From contig NW_027362896.1 in the NCBI RefSeq assembly GCF_046119375.1, forward strand, positions 248,001-312,000: a stretch of DNA of 64,000 nt. The letters are read 5' to 3'. The notes under the pieces were generated by a model. The model saw nothing but the letters and a program-made list of their open reading frames with translations. It made no database searches and had not been told where the DNA came from. Positions 1 to 11,921 of the stretch are shown in pieces (position 1 is the stretch's first letter; each line of letters starts with the position of its first letter). The position numbers were made by a program, and so were the translations under genes. The DNA is from Phyllobates terribilis. Lineage: Eukaryota.

Positions 1-463
1 GTAAGAAGCATTTCAAGGTCCTGGAGTGGCCTATCCAGTCTCCAGACCTGAATCCAATAGAAAATCTTTGGAGGGAGCTGAAACTCAATGTTGCCCACTG
101 ACAGCCCCAAAACCTGAAAGATCTGGAGAAGATCTGTATGGAGGAGTGGGCCAAAATCCTAGCTTCAGTGTGTGCAAACTTGGTCAAGATCTACAGGAAA
201 CGTCTGACCTCTGTAATTGTAACAAAGGTTTCTGGACCAAACATTAAGTTCTGCTTTCTATTGTATCAAATACTTATTTCATGCAGTAAAAGGCAAATTA
301 ATTATGTAAACATCATACAATGTGATTTTCTGGTTTTTATTTTTAGATTCTGTCTCTCACAGATGAAGTGACCTACGATAAAAATTATAGACCTCTCCAT
401 GCATTGTAGGTGGGAAAACTTGCAAAATCGGAAATGTATCAAATACTTATTTTCCCCATGGTA
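1..463 (+). mobile_element. Tc1/mariner DNA transposon, 3' end (transposase C-terminus plus right TIR), degenerate
   Basis: Translates across frameshifts as [26 protein letters not shown]...MEEWAKI...RKRLTSVI, the Tc1 DDE C-terminus. It is followed by a TIR-type end AAATACTTATTTTCCCC at about 440-458. Confidence 0.85.
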
Positions 464-892
464 CACACATACAGCACATTCCAGCCAATCTCCTCTTCAG
501 TTCCTATAGACTCCTGCTGTTAAAGGACCTTTGGTGACATTATGGTAAAATGACCGTGATGTCACCAAAGGTCTTTAGCAGTCTTAACCTCAGACTAGAA
601 ATACTGAGGGCCCCTAAAAGAGTGAGAGCCTTGAGAAATTGCCCAGTTTGCCCTCCCCCTTCCCTCCAATACCAGCCCTGCATACCAGCCTGTCTCCTCT
701 TCAGTTCCTCTAGACTCCTGCAGTTAAAGAACCTTTTTGGCATATGCTGGTAACTATTGTATTTTTTGTATGATCTGTCAAATAAGTACGTTTAAAAAAA
801 TAAAAATGATTATTTCCCCATGTGAGCAGTTTGAATACTATGAAGTTGTGTGGGTAAAAATTTCCAACATACTAAAAATAATTATGATTTTA

Positions 893-1045
893 ATGTGAGT
901 TTTTAAGATGGTCTAGAAGACTTGATCTCCTACTAAAACATTTCTCACAATCTGGGCATTAAAATAGCTTTTCCCTTGTGTGGCTTCTTTGATGTCTAAC
1001 GAGATCTACTTTACACCTGTAACATTTCCCACATTCTGAACATTA
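893..1045 (-). pseudogene. Two decayed C2H2 fingers downstream of the gene 1 stop codon
   Basis: After GEKP-TAG-TAA the minus strand continues CSECGKC..(frameshift)..DLVRHQRSHTREKLF*CPDCEKCFSRRSSLLDHLK. Confidence 0.8.
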
Positions 1046-2637
1046 CTATGGCTTCTCCCCTGTGTGAGTTTTCACATGCTCAATAAGATTTGATCTCTGA
1101 TAAAAACATTTCCCACATTCTGAACATGAAAAAGGCTTCTCCTCTGTGTGGGTTCTCTGGTGTCGATCAAGATCCGCTTTCCGAATAAAACATTTCCCAC
1201 ATTCTGAACATGAAAAAGGCTTCTCTCCTGTGTGGGTTTTCTGGTGGTTATCAAGATGCTGTTTCTGAATAAAACATTTCCCACATTCTGAACATGAAAA
1301 AGGCTTCTCCCCTGTGTGGGTTTTCTGGTGGTAATCAAGATGCGCTTTCCGAATAAAACATTTCCCACATTCTGAACATGAAAAAGGCTTCATCCCTGTG
1401 TGGGTTCTCTGGTGGAAATCAAGATGCGCTTTCCAATTAAAACATTTTCCACATTCTGAACATGAAAAAGGCTTCATCCCTGTGTGGGTTTTCTGGTGGC
1501 TATCAAGATACTCTTTCCGAATAAAACATTTCCCACATTCTGAACATGAAAAAGGCTTCTCCCCGGTGTGGGTTCTCTGATGTTTGAGAAGATTTGATTT
1601 GTCTATAAAACATTTCCCACATTCTGAACATGAAAAAGGCTTCTCCCTTGTGTGGGTTTTCTGGTGGTTACTAAGATGCGCTTTCCGCATAAAACATTTC
1701 CCACATTCTGAACATGAATATGGCTTCTCCCCTGTGTGAATTCTCTGATGCATAACAAGATCTGATTTACAATTAAAACGTTTACAGCATTCTGAACATG
1801 ATAACGGCTTCTCCCCTGTGTGGCTTTTCTGGTGTCGATCAAGATCCGCTTTCCGAATAAAACATTTCCCACATTCTGAACATGAAAAAGGCTTCTCCCC
1901 TGTGTGGATTTTCTGGTGGTTATCAAGATGCTCTTTCTGAATAAAACATTTCCCACATTCTGAACATGAAAAAGGCTTCTCCCCTGTGTGGGTTTTCTGG
2001 TGGTTATCAAGGTGCTCTTTCCGAATAAAACATTTCCCACATTCTGAACATGAAAAAGGCTTCATCCCTGTGTGGGTTCTCTGGTGGATATAAAGATGCG
2101 CTTTCCAATTAAAACATTTCCCACATTCTGAACATGAAAAAGGCTCCTTCCCTGTGTGGGTTCTCTGGTGTCGATCAAGATCCGCTTTCCAAATAAAACA
2201 TTTCCCACATTCTGAACATGAAAAAGGCTTCTCCCCGGTGTGGGTTCTCTGATGTTTAAGAAGATTTGATTTGTCTGTAAAACATTTCCCACATTCTGAA
2301 CATGAATATGGCTTCTCCCCTGTGTGAATTCTGTGATGTATAACAAGATCTGATTTATGATTAAAACATTTACAACATTCTGAACATGATAGTGGCTTCA
2401 CCCCTGAGTGAGCTCTCCGCTTCTTAGCTCCCTTTCTGTGATTTTTACTTTGCTCAGCATTCTGTAACGAATCAGAAGACAGGACCTGTTGATCATAAAA
2501 TAGATCTTTTCTGTGAAGGGCTGAGGTTGTATCTGAAGCAATGGCATGCTCTTCACATGTATCTGGTGTGATACCATGATCATCTGCTTTCAAACCTGAG
2601 GATATCATATGTCTCTCTGAGTTCCCGGTAAAGACGT
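1046..2637 (-). CDS. KRAB-ZNF gene 1, last exon: spacer plus 16 C2H2 zinc fingers
   Basis: Open frame with 16 CSECxKCF-x5-L-x2-H-x3-H units and TGEKP linkers. Acceptor TTATTCTTGGCAG ends at 2638. Phase 1 matches the exon ending at 13323 (G|AC = Asp). The joined CDS is 2166 nt, or 721 aa plus stop. Confidence 0.93.
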
Positions 2638-2872
2638 CTGCCAAGAATAAAACAAATATATTTGTAATAATGTAACTGTATCTTTATATTGTTAATGTTA
2701 TATTTATTAGGATTTCTATATGAAATAGCAAAATTCAGTCATTAACCAACTAAAAGTGTGATGTCAAAATAGATCTCAATTATCGATAGAGAAAGATAAT
2801 GATATTAGGACACTACACAGTTTTTCAGCAGTTTTCTGATTTCAGTGTTGACCGTTAAATGCACTTTAGCAG

Positions 2873-3060
2873 AGAGCAGGGCAGCGCGGTGGAGCAGGGC
2901 AGCGCGATGGGGCAGGGCAGCGCGATGGGGCAGGGCAGCGCGATGGGGCAGGGCAGCGCGATGGGGCAGAGCAGCGCGGTGGAGCAGGGCAGCGCGATGG
3001 GGCAGGGCAGCGCGATGGGGCAGGGCAGCGCGATGGGGCAGGGCAGCGCGGTGGAGCAGT
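2873..3060. repeat. 18-bp G-rich minisatellite (GGGGCAGGGCAGCGCGAT), about 10 copies
   Basis: Direct reading of the tandem units. It explains the repetitive ORFs at 2845-3108. Confidence 0.95.
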
Positions 3061-3939
3061 ACGGTAATGAACGGTGAAGCCCTGCCAATAAACCAGATGC
3101 AAGCCTGAATTTATTAATCTATGTGCAATGACATAATCTAAAATTATGTCATGCGGTCGAGGCGCAGTAGGAATTTTGTTACACAGGCTGCATCTGCCTT
3201 TAGCAGCAGTGGCTGAGTGGCATTTAAATAGTTAGGTACACATCGCTTCCCCCCCATGAGTTATTATTGCAGCTGTGGGTCTGCTAAAGTCCCCCGTGGC
3301 TGCCATGTTGGTCCCCAGTGGCTCCCAATGCGCGGACGGTGTACAGAAGACACTGGCTGTATGATGTCAGCCAGGTACGTTTCATTCTGAAACTCTGCGG
3401 CGTTTTAGAGGAATTCATACTTTAATAGACTAGTCGGACAGGCGGGTTCCTGGCGGCTTCTCTCCGCCCGCTGTCTTAGATTGACAGGCCTCTGCCTACG
3501 TGATCTATTATTTCTATATGGGGAATTATTTTTGCATAACGAGCTGTGTTTTTTAATGGTGTATTTTTTGTGTTTTGGTCACTTTTTGATTTTTTTTTAT
3601 TATGTAGAATAATTCATGTCTGTAATTCAGACATAGTTTCTCAACTTTTTTTTAAGTCTGTTCATCGTGCTACATAAATATTGAAATAGTTTTATACATA
3701 CAACTTGTTATGGAAATGGTGATACCAAATATTCCAGGTTTGTTTTTTTTCTTTCAAATTAAGCTATTTTTTATTGGCAGCATTGGCCATTTGGGGATTT
3801 TTTTCTTGCATTGTTTAACACTTATTTTTAGACTTTATTTACAGAATAATATAATTAATTATTGAGATAATACAGTGCGGAACCAGAAAATTTCACCCGG
3901 CATTTCAATTTTTGTTCTCATATTTTTCATTATAAAGTC

Positions 3940-6900
3940 TTACCGATAACAGGATTATGACCGCACCATGAGAGAGGGGATCCGCCCTTCAAGGACAGGA
4001 AACCTACAGGCTTAAAAGGTTGGCACCTCTCCTCCGCATCAGTTGGATTACAGAGCACGATAGGACCTCCATTGGTTGTTGCCAAAACACAAATCACAAC
4101 TAAAACTGTGAACTTATAACACTAGTGAAAGAAGTGCTCACACACACGTGACGGGAGGGATTATAAGGATGCTGTCATGGGTTCCGAAAAAACTCATAAG
4201 ACTCACCCATGACAGCACCATGACAGAATTATAGAGAAAATTAAGAATTTAGGGAGGGATCACAGCCTGGAGAACCCTTCTTTCAAAGGTGAGGCCACGC
4301 CATCAAATGAAGATTGGCTACTTGTGGATGGTGAATTGGCCCCAGAGAGGAGATTTGGAATCTGCGGGAGGACCCACGAGTCAGTGACAGACATTGTCCT
4401 CAACCATGAAAAGCCCCTGACATGATGACTCTGTAGGAACACAAGGAGTCTTCTTACTGCCAACTCAACTGCAAGTAATTCCTTCAAGTTTGAGGAAAAA
4501 ACTCTCTCGTCCCCTGTCCAAAAGCCCTGGTTTACTACGTCTTCTGGATGAGCCCCCCAATACCTGTGATTCACATCCGTGGTGAACAACGGTGTGACTT
4601 TCCAGGGAGCCCACCTGGACAGATTAGTGACATCCAGCCACCAAAGGAGGGACTGCATTGACGTTGGGGATAGCGTCAACCTTCCTTCCAGGTGTCCTCT
4701 AAAGGAAATGTCATTTCTTAACACATCCCACTGCAAGGCTCTTGTTATGATCTGCTACAAGCACTAAGGAAAGACAGGAGATCTGTCCCTACAATAGAAC
4801 TAAGCTAGATCCCTACGATGTAACGGGGAACCTGATCCTGCGATCAGACCCGCTAAAGTCCTCGGCTAGTCTGAACGAAGACCTATAGATGTGAGGGAGG
4901 GATCCCTACAAGAACTAGGACTGGGAGAAAGATGGACACCTCCTAGCAGAAATTGTAGCAGTAAAAAGACAAACAAACAACATAGAACATAGAGGTCCAA
5001 AGACCTAGCTAAACAGACTGAGAAAGGAAACAAAGCACCTGGCTAGCTTAAGAGTAGAAATTACAATGAGGTCCAGCATGGCCAGGAGGGCGGAGCAGGA
5101 TTAAATAGGCAAAAAAGGTCATGTGACCAGCAAGATAGAAGAAACCTAACAGGAGAGTTCTAACAGCTCTAGTATGGAACTGGGCTCACAAGACTGCTGA
5201 AATGCACGAAGTTAGAAACCTAGAAGGGACATAGCGCTTCTAAGGGACAGGATGAGGAATTTCAGGGCCCTTAACATCTGGCCTCAGATCTTTTCTTTTC
5301 TATTGCTTGGGAAATGATACTCCTGCACCTCTGAGTCCAGCAGAAGCCCAAAATAGTCCTGTATTTTTAGGGGCTCTATCTTTGACTTTTTAAGGTTCAA
5401 TAGCCAACCTAAACATTCTTAGGTGGATATCACCTCCTGTAACTGACTAGTGCAATGCCGGGTCGAATTGCCTACAACCAGAAAATTATACAAATACAGG
5501 ATAATCAATACATTCTTCTCCCGGAGACGGGCCATCACCTCTTCTGGGAAGAGTAACTTTATTGCAGATTTTACACATTCCATTTTGAATGAAAGGATTC
5601 TCAGGAATTTAATAAAGCCCTTCAAATTTATTATCATCCTGATGAGCAGTCTGGTTTCTTGATTAGAAAGAGAGGGGCTTAAAACCCCTTCCCTCTTTCT
5701 GACACTGAAACTTCTAATAGGACAGCCTTCTGTACCAGCTGAGACTTCGGCCTCTGGGGTCCGTTGCCCTGCTGACAAAGACCTAGAGGGTATTACCACG
5801 AATGTTCCATGCGGGATTGAGCAGAACTCCATTTCTAGACCGGATTTTATCAGGCCGAGAATCCAACTGTTTCCCGATATTTTTTCCCAGGCTGGGAAGA
5901 AGGACGAAAGTCTCCCCCCACCTGGGCTGGAAATCACTGACTTTTTTGGAATCCTGGGAAGAGGTTCCGAACATGAAGCTGCTACCTTTTCTTCTTTGAT
6001 CTTTCCATTTGTCTTGATCTGTGGAGGTCTTCCTTTGAATGAACCTTCTTTTCTGGAAGGATCGCTTGTAGGCTGGGATGGACAAGTTAGGATATCCCTT
6101 TTTAGCATCGCCAGCCTTTTCCAAAGCTGGGCCAAACAGGTGTTCCCCCTCACACGAAATGGCACACAGTCTCAATCTAGCCTGGAGTTTCCCTGGCCAA
6201 CATTTTAACCATAAGTGTTAGAAATGGCTGCTGACCTTGCCGCTAAACAAACTTGAATCAGCCGAAGCGAAGATAGAAAAGCTGCAGCCCCTCGCATAAG
6301 TGGGACAGTGGCCAAGATATTGTGTCTTGACATTGTCTTGACATAGTTTCTTTTAACTGTTTCCAGATGATCCAACCAGATGATTAAGGATCTGGCTGCA
6401 CATGTAGCAGCCATTGTTGGCTTTAAAGCACCAGTCAACATCTCCCATGTACATCTAAGCCGCCTTTCCTATGGCCGCATCCAGTTTTGGGGCTTTGTCC
6501 CCCTTTGACAAGGAAGGCTCATCCAAGGGATATCTCCTCTTAATTGATAGGGGAAGGGAGCCTCTCTTTTCAGATCTTTTCCATTCCCTCTAAATTAGGG
6601 GGCTGATTTTTTCATTCACAGGAAATGACCTCTGCTTTTTTTGGTCCCATAATGTCCTGAACTGATTTCTCGAGTTTGGACTCGACTATCCCCATTGTGG
6701 TCCAAACTGCCTTTACGAGTTTGTCCATCTCATCTATAGGAAAACAAAGAATGCCAGCGCTACAGTCTGAGGAGGATTCGTCATCATTATTTGAAACGCT
6801 AGACACATGTAACCCCGGGACCACTGGCTAGCCCTTTTGGCTCTTCTTACCTCTATGAACCTCTTCCTGGGAAAGGGATTTAAGGGACTTTCGCCATGAT

Positions 6901-7997
6901 AATTGATCTTAAATCGGTGGCAGAGTTAGTGGTCTCCTCCGCTACTGTCTGCTCTATACAAGACTGGCAAAGTTTTTTTTTGGTTGGAGTCAGGCAATAG
7001 ATTTCTGCAAAGCGCACACTCCTTGTGTTTAGACTTTGCTGTACACTTCTTTCCCTGGCAATAACTGACAAAAAAGGGAAAGGCTACATCACTGAGTGAA
7101 CTTTCACAAAGATCACTTACCAGTGTGAGGCAATCAAATAGTACGAGATTTAGAGGGGAACCCACCTCAGTCAAAAGACCATCTCTAGAGGCCGAAAACT
7201 CGTCTACTTTCCTGGAGCTCCTCTGTCTGGATTCGCCAATGCCCGCAGACCTCTGTCTCTCACAGACACTGCCACCAAAACTACTGCTACGGGGTCGACG
7301 GTGTTCCGCCTGCTTCTGGGGCTTCTTATCAGGCTGCTGCTGCTCAGTGATATCCATTATTCTGGAGGGAACAATGAGCAAGGAAGCACCGATTGATGCT
7401 CCTGCCGTTATTTAGATGCCGGAGAAACGCTATTCCCCACCTCTCCAGGCCCTTCCGGAACGCCCGGTTCCCTCACACTTCCGGTCAAGCGGCTCACGCT
7501 TCATCCAGGCATGCCCCAGTTGCACTATCTGGGCACGCCCCGGCCGCTGCTAAAATGGTGTTCAGGCGCATCCTGGCATCGAACACGCCTTCTTCGCATC
7601 AGAGAGGCGCACCTTCAGACCGGAAAACGCCAGCTGGCCTGAATTCCAAGGAAGCACTGCACATGCTGCTGCCCTGTATCTCGCTTCCAGGCATGTGCCA
7701 ACACCCGATGAGCCACGCTATCCTCGCCCAGGATGCTGCTCACCTGCACCCGCACACAACCGTTAAAGTCCTCCTGGACCCACTGTGGCGCTTCTAGGGA
7801 CCCTGCACTGGCCAAGGCAGGGAAAATACCGCTGCCTGAACCGTCCGTCTGGGCCTGGGAAAATGATCTTCCAGTACAAAGATTCACTCATCAAGGACAG
7901 GAAAACAACTGATCTGTGGGAGAGGTGCTGCCCTGTTAAGTCTGTGGGTATCCTGTCCTTGAAGGACGAATCCCCTCTCTCGTAGTGCTGTCATGGG
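3940..7997 (-). mobile_element. DIRS1-type tyrosine-recombinase retrotransposon, internally deleted
   Basis: Inverted terminal repeats (3963-4000 is the reverse complement of about 7952-7990) and an ICR-like segment at 4170-4230 (GCTGTCATGGG..CCCATGACAGCACCA). Coding remnants: gag (about 6200-7380, C-x2-C KECALC), RT N-terminus GGRLSSFFPAW (5419-6165), RNase H WGAH..QGFW..SSNLKELLAV (4260-4736) and YR C-terminus LTFERRVLQAVIPP*. Confidence 0.88.
4743..5165 (-). mobile_element. Solo LTR of a chromovirus family related to the element at 46349-51321, inserted in DIRS1
   Basis: TGTTA...TAACA termini, 5-bp TSD GCTCT (4738-4742 and 5166-5170), and collinear similarity to the 422-bp LTRs at 46349 and 50900. 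Confidence 0.9.
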
Positions 7998-8052
7998 TGA
8001 TCGATACAATTCATTTTATATAATTCATCAATTATATTTTACATAATGCATC

Positions 8053-9234
8053 TGTGGCGCCCCTGCGGGTTCAGTCGCCACAGAGGTACTGCATCTCACG
8101 CTCAGGTAAGGAAGGAGTACTGCCCGGGACCCTAACACCTGCATCCAACACTACACTACTCCAGACCGGCAGGAGGGGCAAGATGCATCGCTTCCTGCTG
8201 AGCCCTGTCCCTGGCTGGAGGGGGGGGGGACCAAAGTGATCGGGAACCATGTAGTGGGTGTGGGTGGAGGAAGAAGTTCAGGGGAGCACTTGTTAGGGAT
8301 AGTATATAGAGAGAAGCCATCTTGAAGAGATCAGCTCAGTCAGAGGAGGACAGTGAGAGGAGCAGGAGCTCTGTAGGAGCTCTGCTCTGGAGGAGGGCCT
8401 AGCCAGAGAGGCCCAAGGCTGGAGAGAGAGAGAGAGAGGAGCAGGAAAGGCTCCAGGAATGTGGAAGGGACCCCAGGGGTACAGATAGTGCTGGAGGCCA
8501 CCCATACGCCCGAATCTGCCAGCAGGTGGAGGGGTCAGGTCCCTAAATTAGCAGAGTTCTTTAAGCCTCAACTAGGAAACCAGAGGCTGCAGTATTTCAG
8601 GTACTGTAGCCACAAGCCACATCTAATCACCAGAAAGGTGGCCATAGAGGACCCAGGGGACAGAGAAGACGTCGCCCGGCAAGGTCCGCAGCCACTGGCC
8701 TGAGACACTGGGTGCGAGGTGCAGGGAGACGGCCAGAAGGAAGACACAGAAGGGGGTCCCGTTACGTACTCCGGAGAGACCTGGGAGTTTGCTGAACCCC
8801 TCCTTGAGTAAGCACAGAACGCCGTGGGAAGTTACTCTAGTACTGGTAACTGGAAGTCTAAGAAACCGTGAGTAAACCCTGAAGGACTGCACCTTACTGT
8901 CTCTGTGATCATTATCTGCGCCATCCTCTGCACTACACCATAACAGCAACATCTACACTGCACTGGAGCTACGCTCTACCTGTGGAGAGCTGAACCAACT
9001 CTGCTGCATTACCAACACCTCCAGAGGACCTGCTCCGCAGCGGCGGCTCCCTTTAGCCGCATACCACAGGTGGCGTCACGAACTGTATCTAAGAACTATA
9101 AATCCCCTGTAAATAAATATTCCCCTTTTGATTGACCGCCCTGGGTCACGGACCGGGTCACCGCCACTGTGACATCTCCCCTAGCAACGACCAGCCCGAC
9201 ACCGTGTACCCCACGGCCCAGGGGGTGCGTCACA
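8053..9234 (+). mobile_element. Long solo LTR-like element (TGTGGCGCCCC...GGGGTGCGTCACA family)
   Basis: TG..CA termini with imperfect terminal IR. The 5' end matches the reverse complement of 22995-23036. Probable 4-bp TSD CATC (8049-8052 and 9233-9236, overlapping the terminus). Confidence 0.7.
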
Positions 9235-11031
9235 TCTAGTAGTTCGGGCCTAGGTAAAATAGGAGGCAGGTCAGTGAAGGCACAGTGAGCTGTCATAAGA
9301 GCATACAGATGAATATGTAAGCAGCGCACCAGATAGAGCACCCCCCATAGACTGCCCCAAAGCATAGCATTATCTCCAAACTGAAAGTAAAGATTACACA
9401 AGAACCACAAGATTTCATCAACCAAGGTATTGTATTAACCAGTGTAATGTCACCCACCAGACAGTGTATGTAGTTTACGGAGCACAATCCTGCTGACAGG
9501 TGCGCTTTAAGTTTACCAAGTCATTCCAGATATTTTTGACCTGCAGCACTTGCCACAAGAACAGTATCCATGTCGGTGTAACATAAAAGTCATTTAAGTG
9601 GCAGTATTCTTTAACCCCTTTACACCCGAGGGTGGTTTCTACGTTAATAACGGGCAAATTTTTACAGTTCTGACCACTGTCACTTTATGAGGTAATAACT
9701 CTGGGACTCTTCAACGGATCCCACTGATTCCAAGACTGTTTTTTCATGACATATTGTACTTCATGATAGTGGCAACATTTATTCGATATGACTTGCGTTT
9801 ATTTGTGGAAAAAAAATCTGAAAATTTGTCAGAAAATTTAGAAAATTTTGCAATTTTCTAAATTTGAATTTTCATGCCCTTAAATCAGAGAAATATGTTA
9901 CACAAAATAGTTAATAAATAACATTTCCCACATGTCAGCTTTACATCAGCACAATTTTGGAATCAAAATTTTTTTTTGTTAGGGAGCTATAAGGGTTAAA
10001 AGTTGACCAGCGATTTCTCATTTTTCCAACAAAATTTACAAAACCATTTTTTTTTTTTTTAGGGACCACATCACATTTGAAGTGATTTTGAGGGGCCTTT
10101 ATGACAGAAAATACCTAAAAGTGACACCATTCTAAAAACAGCACCCCTCAAGGTGCTCAAAACCACATTCAAAAAGTTTATTAACCCTTCAGGTGCTTCA
10201 CAGGAATTTTTGGAATGTGGAAGAAAACAATGAACATTTAACTTTTTTTCACAAAAATGTTAATTTAGACCCAAATTTATTTATTTTCGCAAGGATGACT
10301 GGAAAAAAATTGACCGCAAAAATTGTTGTGCAATTTTTCCTGAGCACGCCGATACCACATATGTGGGGGAAAACCACTGTTTGGGCGCACTGCAGGGTTC
10401 GGAAGGGAAGATGCGCCATTTGACTTCTTGAATGTAAAATTTGCTTAAATAATTAGAAGATGCCATGTCGCGTTTGGAGAGCCCCTGATGTGCCTAAACA
10501 GTGGAAACCGTCCACAGCGGACCACATTTTTTAAACTAGACCCCTCAAGGAACTTCTCTAGATGTGTGGTGAGCACCCTGAACCCCCAGGTGCTTCACAG
10601 AAGTTTATAACGTAGAGCTGTGAAAATAAAAAAAAATTAACTTTTTCCACAAAAATTATCTTTTAGCTCCAATTTTTTTATTTTCACAGGGGTAAGAGGA
10701 GAAAATTGACCCCAAAAACTGTTGTGCAATTTCTTCTGAGTACGCAGATACCCCATATATGGAGAAAATACGCTGGGCGCACGGCAGGGTTCAGAAGGCG
10801 AGGAGCACTGTGTGACTTTTTGAACTCAAAATTGGCTGGAATCAAGAGGGGACGCCATGTAGCGTTTGGGGAGCCCCTGATGCGCCTATATAGTGGAAAC
10901 CCCCCAAGTGACCCCATTTTGAAAACTAGACCCCTTAATGATTTTATCAAGGGGTATGGTGAACATTTTGAACCCAGAGGTACGACACAGAATTTGATAA
11001 CATTAGGTCATCATATTGAATAAGTTGTCAT

Positions 11032-11332
11032 TACTCTTGAGTGCAAGTGCTCGCTACTTGAGTTTGCATCGGGTACTCGGGTATGCACCATGTATCGCGG
11101 GTGCTTGAGTGACATGTGCGAGTCCCCGCCCCGCATGTTTCACAGTTGTTAGACACCCAAAAAAAACATGTGGGGATCGCTCGTACATGGCAAGCAATCC
11201 CCGCAAGGTTTTTTTGGCCGCAAAGCATATGGGGCAGAAACTCGAGCATGTCACTAAAGCACCCGCTATACTCGGTGCATACCCGAGCACCCGATGCAAG
11301 CTCAAGTAGCGAGCACTTGTGCTCAACACTAG
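11032..11332. mobile_element. Palindromic MITE nested in the piggyBac-like element
   Basis: Left arm TTGAGTGCAAGTGCTCGCTACTTGAGTTTGCATCGGG mirrors right arm CCCGATGCAAGCTCAAGTAGCGAGCACTTGTGCTCAA. Confidence 0.75.
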
Positions 11333-11366
11333 TCATCATTTTTTTCTTTACTTTTAAAAAAATCAT

Positions 11367-11921
11367 AACCCCAACACAACCCTAACCCCAACCCTAACAC
11401 AATCCTAACCCCAGCACAACCCTAAGCCTAGCACAGTCCTAGCACAACCCTAACCCTAGCACAACCCCAACCCTAACACAATCCTAACCCTAACACAACC
11501 CTAACCCTAGCACAACTCTAACCCTAGCACAACCCTAACAGTAACACAAACCTAACCCTAGCACAACCCTAACCCTAACACAACCCTAACGCTAACACAA
11601 ACCTAACCCTAGCACAACCCTAACCCTAGCACAACCCTAACACAAACCTAACCCTAGCACAATCCTATCCCTAGCACAACCCTAACCCTAACACAAACCT
11701 AACCCTAGCACAACCTTAACCCTAACACAACCTTAACCCTAACCCTAGCACAATCCTAACCCTAGCACAACCCTAACAGTAACACAAACCTAACGCTAGC
11801 ACAACCCTAACCCAAACCTAACCCTAGCACAACCCTAACACAATCCTAACCCTAGCACAACCCTAACCCTAACACAAACCTAACCCTAGCACAACCTTAA
11901 CCCTAGCACAAGCCTAACTCT
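11367..11921. repeat. Interstitial telomere-like array (CCCTAA / CCCTAGCACAA units)
   Basis: Degenerate AACCCT repeats interspersed with AGCAC/ACAC spacers. Confidence 0.9.

Noticed and set aside
481-740. About 55-bp imperfect direct repeat (481-540 and 685-740)
   Set aside because: A small local duplication with no coding or structural signal.
3180-3510. Possible short non-autonomous DNA element in the gene 1 intron
   Set aside because: It is GC-richer than its flanks, but no TIR or TSD could be defined.
11367-11921. True chromosome end or fusion site
   Set aside because: The repeats are degenerate, single-orientation and enclosed by the TTAA-flanked element.
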